From: Candidatus Latescibacterota bacterium
GTDB lineage: Bacteria; Latescibacterota; UBA2968; GCA-2709665
Assembly (NCBI GenBank): GCA_965203805.1
Contig: OZ241917.1
Coordinates: forward strand, 3,232,001 to 3,296,000
Length of the DNA: 64,000 nt
Direction: 5' to 3'
This document shows positions 59,766-64,000 of the stretch, piece after piece. Both the position numbers and the translations under genes were made by a program. The notes beneath the pieces are model-generated. The model searched no databases. It saw nothing but the letters and a program-made list of their open reading frames with translations, and had not been told where the DNA came from. Every line of letters begins with the position of its first letter. Within the stretch, counting starts at the first letter, position 1.

Positions 59766-62700
59766 CTATTTCCCGCTGACGTCGATTACGCACACCGAAA
59801 TCCTTCGAGCTTCCTCATCGGAAAGCGTGGCTTCCAGTCGTTCCCGAAGCTCACCGGGAGTATCCGGACGCGTTCCCGACGGGGGTGGCTGTGTGTGCTC
59901 TTTGCCGAACCAGAATACCAGGTAAATCCCCTGTCCGGCCGCATCGGGATCTCGGGTGTATTTGGCGATCAGCTGAGACCTAATGGCGTTCCAAAGGTCG
60001 GGGTGGTTGTTCTTTTTTATCTCCACGGGCACGTTTACACCATCGTAGTTGACTCGAATGTCCGATCGCTTGTCGTTTGCGTAACGACCCTCTGGATGGG
60101 CGTCAATTTGTAGTGGATACAGTTTGTATTTCAAATCGGAAAGCAGTGCGTCCCGGCAGAGTTCTTCATGTTTCGGTTTTCGGACTTTCTTGTCAGAAGG
60201 GTTTTCCCAATATTGGCGCCAGTCGGAGGTGTTGCCGTTTTGGATTTTCCTGGCTATCTCGTCCAACCTGTCTACCAGGAGCGCAGCGAGGTCGGCGGCG
60301 TTGGCCGGGCTGCCGCTGTCCAGGGTCCGGCAGACCTGCTCGGGTTCCGGATGGCGATAACTTGCGTCTCGTTGGATAACCCGTTGGGAGTCCCGCGCAC
60401 GCGACAGGACATCGCGCCAACGGTACAGCGCCGAATCGGAAAGAAGCCTCGTGAGCGCATCACTCGCGTCCTTGTCGGGTGAAGCAGCGAGACGTCGTAT
60501 AAACGCATGAACAAGCTCAGAGTCGTTCGCTGCGGGCGTGCTCCATTCGTCGTCCCGTTCGTTCTGAAACTCATATGGCCGGTAGTAGATACCAATAAGG
60601 CGAATGAGGACTTCCAACACCGGGATTTGGAGTTCAATGTCGGAGAGTGAAAAGCCAGCGCGCGGAAATACTGTGGGGAAGAACCCTGCCAGGTTTCGCA
60701 CCCGCCTTTGTTGACCCTGCACAAAGTCGACTAAAACGGTCGAGTACACCTCGGGCGCAATAACGGCCGCCGCGGCCAACCAGCGCACCCGTTGAGCAAC
60801 ATTCATGCTCTTTGTGGCTAGCTTTCTATCGATCAGTTTCTTAAAGGACGTAGGATCCGCGTGTCGAAGAGCGGCCCACAGGAGATGGTCAAGCGCTTCG
60901 ATCTGCTCGGCATTGCACCTTGTCGGAAACGCACGCAACAGTGGCAGGCTTACGAGTCGAGCGACCCGGGCATGTTCCTTGTCATGGGCGACAACAAATA
61001 GCCCAGAAACATGCTTCCTCCCAGCACGAAAATCGGAAGTCGCGGACCTAACCACCATGTCGGCTATCAGATCCGGACGTAACTCCAAGACTTGCCGATA
61101 CCAGCTCGGCCGATTGGAAATGGCCAAACAGAAATGGAATGCCAACGCTTGCCGCATCCGGTGCTCGCCGAGACAACTGATTTGTTCTGGTGCTGAATCT
61201 CCTATTTCAGCCATCGCCGCCAGAAACGGCCAACCGATGTAGAAAACCCTACCCTCTTCTTTGACGGCGAGAATCTCCTCGACATCCGGAATGTCTTCCC
61301 TTTTGACTACACCGAAAATCCCCTGCCGAACTGCATCAATCAGGTTCCTATTACATCCCAGATCCTGCTCGATATCCCGGGGCCCTGAAACACTGCTATA
61401 ATTGATCGAATCTGAAAAATACCTGGCCGCAATCTCGGTGAGCAGGGCGGGTGCAGCCCGGTTCTCGCGCAGCGCAGTCACGTTTGATCGGAGTTGGTCC
61501 AGCCATTGTTCTTCTTGCTCTGTGCGCTGATCGATGTACTTGGATCGGCTCCTGTCCCGATCTTCCACCCGATCACCTTGCTGCGAGTCTCCCGGTCCAC
61601 GCAACTGAGCGAGACGGGTCATGAGTAACTCGTTTTTGCCCGCGTATTTCTCCAGAAGTTCAAGTGACAGGCCCTCGTGACCGCGCTGTTCAGAATGGCA
61701 ACGCCAGGCAAGTTCCAACAGGTGTTCCGCAACCCTCGGCTTGCGACTTGCCATTGCAAAAGCTTGCTTCAGACACCACACACCGAAGTCGGTTGGCGGG
61801 GAGGCATCGAAAAGCCCTTCCTGAATTTCGAACGCGCGATACCTGAGTTCGTCAGATTCGAGATTACGTTTCAATCCTACTAATGTTACCTTCTTTTGTA
61901 TTTCAGGGCGTTGCTCCAGCCAGGAACGTATATCACCAACGTCCTGGTCCAGGTAATGGTGCGCCCATCTGTACGCATCCAGCCAGGTGTAGAGCCGCTC
62001 GACTGACAGCTGATCGCCGTGGATTTCCAGGCCTTTCGCCAGCAGCATTGGCGGGAAGTGTTCGATACGAAGGCCGTTACGCCGCTCACAAAGGGCGTCG
62101 AGGAGTTCGGCTATTTGCGCCGGGGAAGACCTCTGTGTAAGTCCAGTTTCCCAAAACGTACTGTAATGGCCCAATGACGATCCTTCGTGATTTCCCGTTG
62201 CCGCGTAGTTCCAGACCTCAGAGGTAGACAGTTCCTCCGGGAATAGGCGCCAAAGCAGGATCCCCAGGAGTTCGTTCTCAGGATCGGATACACGACCGGC
62301 CTCAACGTCCTTCAGCAGCAAATGGAGAGCTCTGATTCGGTGTTCTTCGTCATCGAAGCGAATAACTGCATTGAGCGCTAACGCGTTTATGCCCGGCCAA
62401 CGGGTCTCGTCACGGACGATGTCAAGCAAGAGATCCGAGAGACCCGGAACGGCGGCGCCCTCGCGCAGAAACCGTAATACGAAATAGACGAACGTCTGTT
62501 GTTCGGTTTCGCGACTGGAGTTACTCAGGACATCCCTGATTGCGGGTTCCATCTCCGGCGTCGCGAGAGGACCGAATGCCTCCGCGATTTCAATAGAACC
62601 AAGTCGCCTCGCCTCGCGGTTAAGGGTCTTCAGGAGTGCCTCTTTCTCGTCGAGTGTAAACCCCCGGATATCGCCGTAGAGTCCGACGCCGACGGGGTCT

Positions 62701-63812
62701 CGCTCGATCAGCTCGGCGCGAGCACGCTTGCAGTGTGCGGCAAGCCAGGCGGACAGCCCCCTCAGTCCGGTCACCACGACCCCGTCCTCTCCCGTGATGA
62801 GAGAGAGAACCCGCGAGGCAGGAAGTCCACTTTCGATCAGTCGTGCGAGGTACCGGGCGCCGAGGTATTCCGCGACGTGCCGGTGAATCGGGCCAAATCG
62901 GTTTAGCGAACCCGATTCTGCCTTGAACAGCTTTGTGGAAAGCACGGACTCGAACGTGTCCGGGTTTTCGTATTCAATTTCACACAAAGACGGGAAGTCC
63001 GAATCCTGATCTCCCGTGCCCTGTGTGTACCCTTCTTTACCTGAAATCAGCTGGACAGCGCAAAGACGCCCCGCGGCGTCCAACAACTGATTTGTATTCG
63101 CCGGCTGACTGGCAACTTCGTGCTCTTCATTGTGCTCGCGAACCAGAATTGAACAGGCTTTCTCAAACGTTTGCAGGCGGCTCTCCGGCCATTGCTCGTT
63201 ACGGGCTATAACGGTGGCCAGCAACTCGAGGGTCAGCGGGTTTTGAAGCAGGCCGTCAATCCTCCGTTCTTGGGCATTCTCTATAAAAGCCTGGGGATCC
63301 TCGATACCTTCTTGGGCGCTCAAGATCCGGCGAATGTCGGCTTCCCCAAGGGGGTCCAGGCGAAGCACCGTGACGCTTGAGCCTGGCGATACGGTCGTCA
63401 GCCGACTCCAATCGTTGTCCCCGAGCCAATCCGCTTCCCGGCAAGACAGCCGGAAACGTGGTCGCCCCAGCTTTTCGAGCCGTTTGCGAAGTCTGTCGAA
63501 GGGTTTGCGAACGTCTTCGACGCCAGCCCGAACCTCGTCAAGGCCATCGATAAAGAGCGTCTTGCCGTGCCATTCGGGATGATTTTTCAGAGACAGTTCA
63601 ATAAAGTCGCGGGCGTCGACCTTGCAGGCTTCTTCTCCAAGGGCCTCGCATTCGGTCTTGAACGCGGTGGTCTTCCCCGACCCGGGGTCGCCCAGCAACA
63701 CATAAGCCGGAGCATCCCGAAACTCCGATAGAGGTCGTGAGTCCCTGGTCGGATCCCGTTTCTCATCCCCGAGCGGGATCACTGTACCTGTGCGTGGCAC
63801 GATCACGTTCAT
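59766..63812 (-). CDS. STAND/NACHT NTPase with helical region and C-terminal PD-(D/E)xK-like nuclease
   Basis: Walker A GDPGSGKTT, Walker B FIDGLDE, LSCR, NPLTL, HRHVAEYL; C-terminal E..YANDKRSDI.V...VEIKK. Confidence 0.85.
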   Translation of the reverse strand: MNVIVPRTGTVIPLGDEKRDPTRDSRPLSEFRDAPAYVLLGDPGSGKTTAFKTECEALGEEACKVDARDFIELSLKNHPEWHGKTLFIDGLDEVRAGVEDVRKPFDRLRKRLEKLGRPRFRLSCREADWLGDNDWSRLTTVSPGSSVTVLRLDPLGEADIRRILSAQEGIEDPQAFIENAQERRIDGLLQNPLTLELLATVIARNEQWPESRLQTFEKACSILVREHNEEHEVASQPANTNQLLDAAGRLCAVQLISGKEGYTQGTGDQDSDFPSLCEIEYENPDTFESVLSTKLFKAESGSLNRFGPIHRHVAEYLGARYLARLIESGLPASRVLSLITGEDGVVVTGLRGLSAWLAAHCKRARAELIERDPVGVGLYGDIRGFTLDEKEALLKTLNREARRLGSIEIAEAFGPLATPEMEPAIRDVLSNSSRETEQQTFVYFVLRFLREGAAVPGLSDLLLDIVRDETRWPGINALALNAVIRFDDEEHRIRALHLLLKDVEAGRVSDPENELLGILLWRLFPEELSTSEVWNYAATGNHEGSSLGHYSTFWETGLTQRSSPAQIAELLDALCERRNGLRIEHFPPMLLAKGLEIHGDQLSVERLYTWLDAYRWAHHYLDQDVGDIRSWLEQRPEIQKKVTLVGLKRNLESDELRYRAFEIQEGLFDASPPTDFGVWCLKQAFAMASRKPRVAEHLLELAWRCHSEQRGHEGLSLELLEKYAGKNELLMTRLAQLRGPGDSQQGDRVEDRDRSRSKYIDQRTEQEEQWLDQLRSNVTALRENRAAPALLTEIAARYFSDSINYSSVSGPRDIEQDLGCNRNLIDAVRQGIFGVVKREDIPDVEEILAVKEEGRVFYIGWPFLAAMAEIGDSAPEQISCLGEHRMRQALAFHFCLAISNRPSWYRQVLELRPDLIADMVVRSATSDFRAGRKHVSGLFVVAHDKEHARVARLVSLPLLRAFPTRCNAEQIEALDHLLWAALRHADPTSFKKLIDRKLATKSMNVAQRVRWLAAAAVIAPEVYSTVLVDFVQGQQRRVRNLAGFFPTVFPRAGFSLSDIELQIPVLEVLIRLIGIYYRPYEFQNERDDEWSTPAANDSELVHAFIRRLAASPDKDASDALTRLLSDSALYRWRDVLSRARDSQRVIQRDASYRHPEPEQVCRTLDSGSPANAADLAALLVDRLDEIARKIQNGNTSDWRQYWENPSDKKVRKPKHEELCRDALLSDLKYKLYPLQIDAHPEGRYANDKRSDIRVNYDGVNVPVEIKKNNHPDLWNAIRSQLIAKYTRDPDAAGQGIYLVFWFGKEHTQPPPSGTRPDTPGELRERLEATLSDEEARRISVCVIDVSGK

Positions 63813-64000
63813 CACTCCTCAAACCAGTAATTGGCCGGTACGCTCAGAAACTCATTGAGCCCGATACCGCCTTCTCCGACAAGCAGTGACCGATACGGAC
63901 GAAAACGCTGCTTGAACACACCCATTCCCGGCAGAGTCAACGGCTTTGTACCGCTTTTGACCTCAATGGCGATGATGCGGGGACCGCGTTTCAGGACGAA
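63812..64000 (-). CDS. C-terminus of an AAA+ ATP-binding protein (DUF4143-like), partial
   Basis: Manual translation FVLKRGPRIIAIEVKSG...LLVGEGGIGLNEFL...EE*; TGATG overlap with the next gene. Confidence 0.7.
   Translation of the reverse strand, partial: FVLKRGPRIIAIEVKSGTKPLTLPGMGVFKQRFRPYRSLLVGEGGIGLNEFLSVPANYWFEE

Overview
GC-rich bacterial chromosomal window of mostly housekeeping and catabolic genes: YtrA-type GntR/ABC operon, modBC, epmA, pepA, pyrE, mgtE, beta-oxidation operon, msrAB, UPF0182 and a sulfatase. Gene content and repeat style suggest an uncultured diderm, possibly a Latescibacterota/Gemmatimonadota-like host-associated lineage (inference only). No rRNA, tRNA, CRISPR array or intact transposase was found. 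Four things stand out. (1) An AT-richer defence islet (~3.1-6.6 kb) with an MjaI-family restriction-modification pair and a NYN RNase whose leader is overlapped antisense by a ~75-nt two-hairpin sRNA with its own promoter and terminator. A second, structure-preserving copy of the sRNA lies 3.7 kb away. (2) Seven 0.5-2 kb intergenic mosaics built from shared repeat modules and co-oriented regardless of the flanking genes. They include a ~310-bp element with a covarying long-range stem and a 33-nt palindrome that inserts with no target duplication. (3) A 958-bp transposase-less element with 24-bp terminal inverted repeats (TIRs) and an 8-bp target-site duplication (TSD), carrying three small ORFs. 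(4) A ~1350-aa STAND/NACHT NTPase with a C-terminal PD-(D/E)xK-like nuclease, coupled to an AAA+/DUF4143-like gene. All family calls come from motif recognition by eye, not from database searches.
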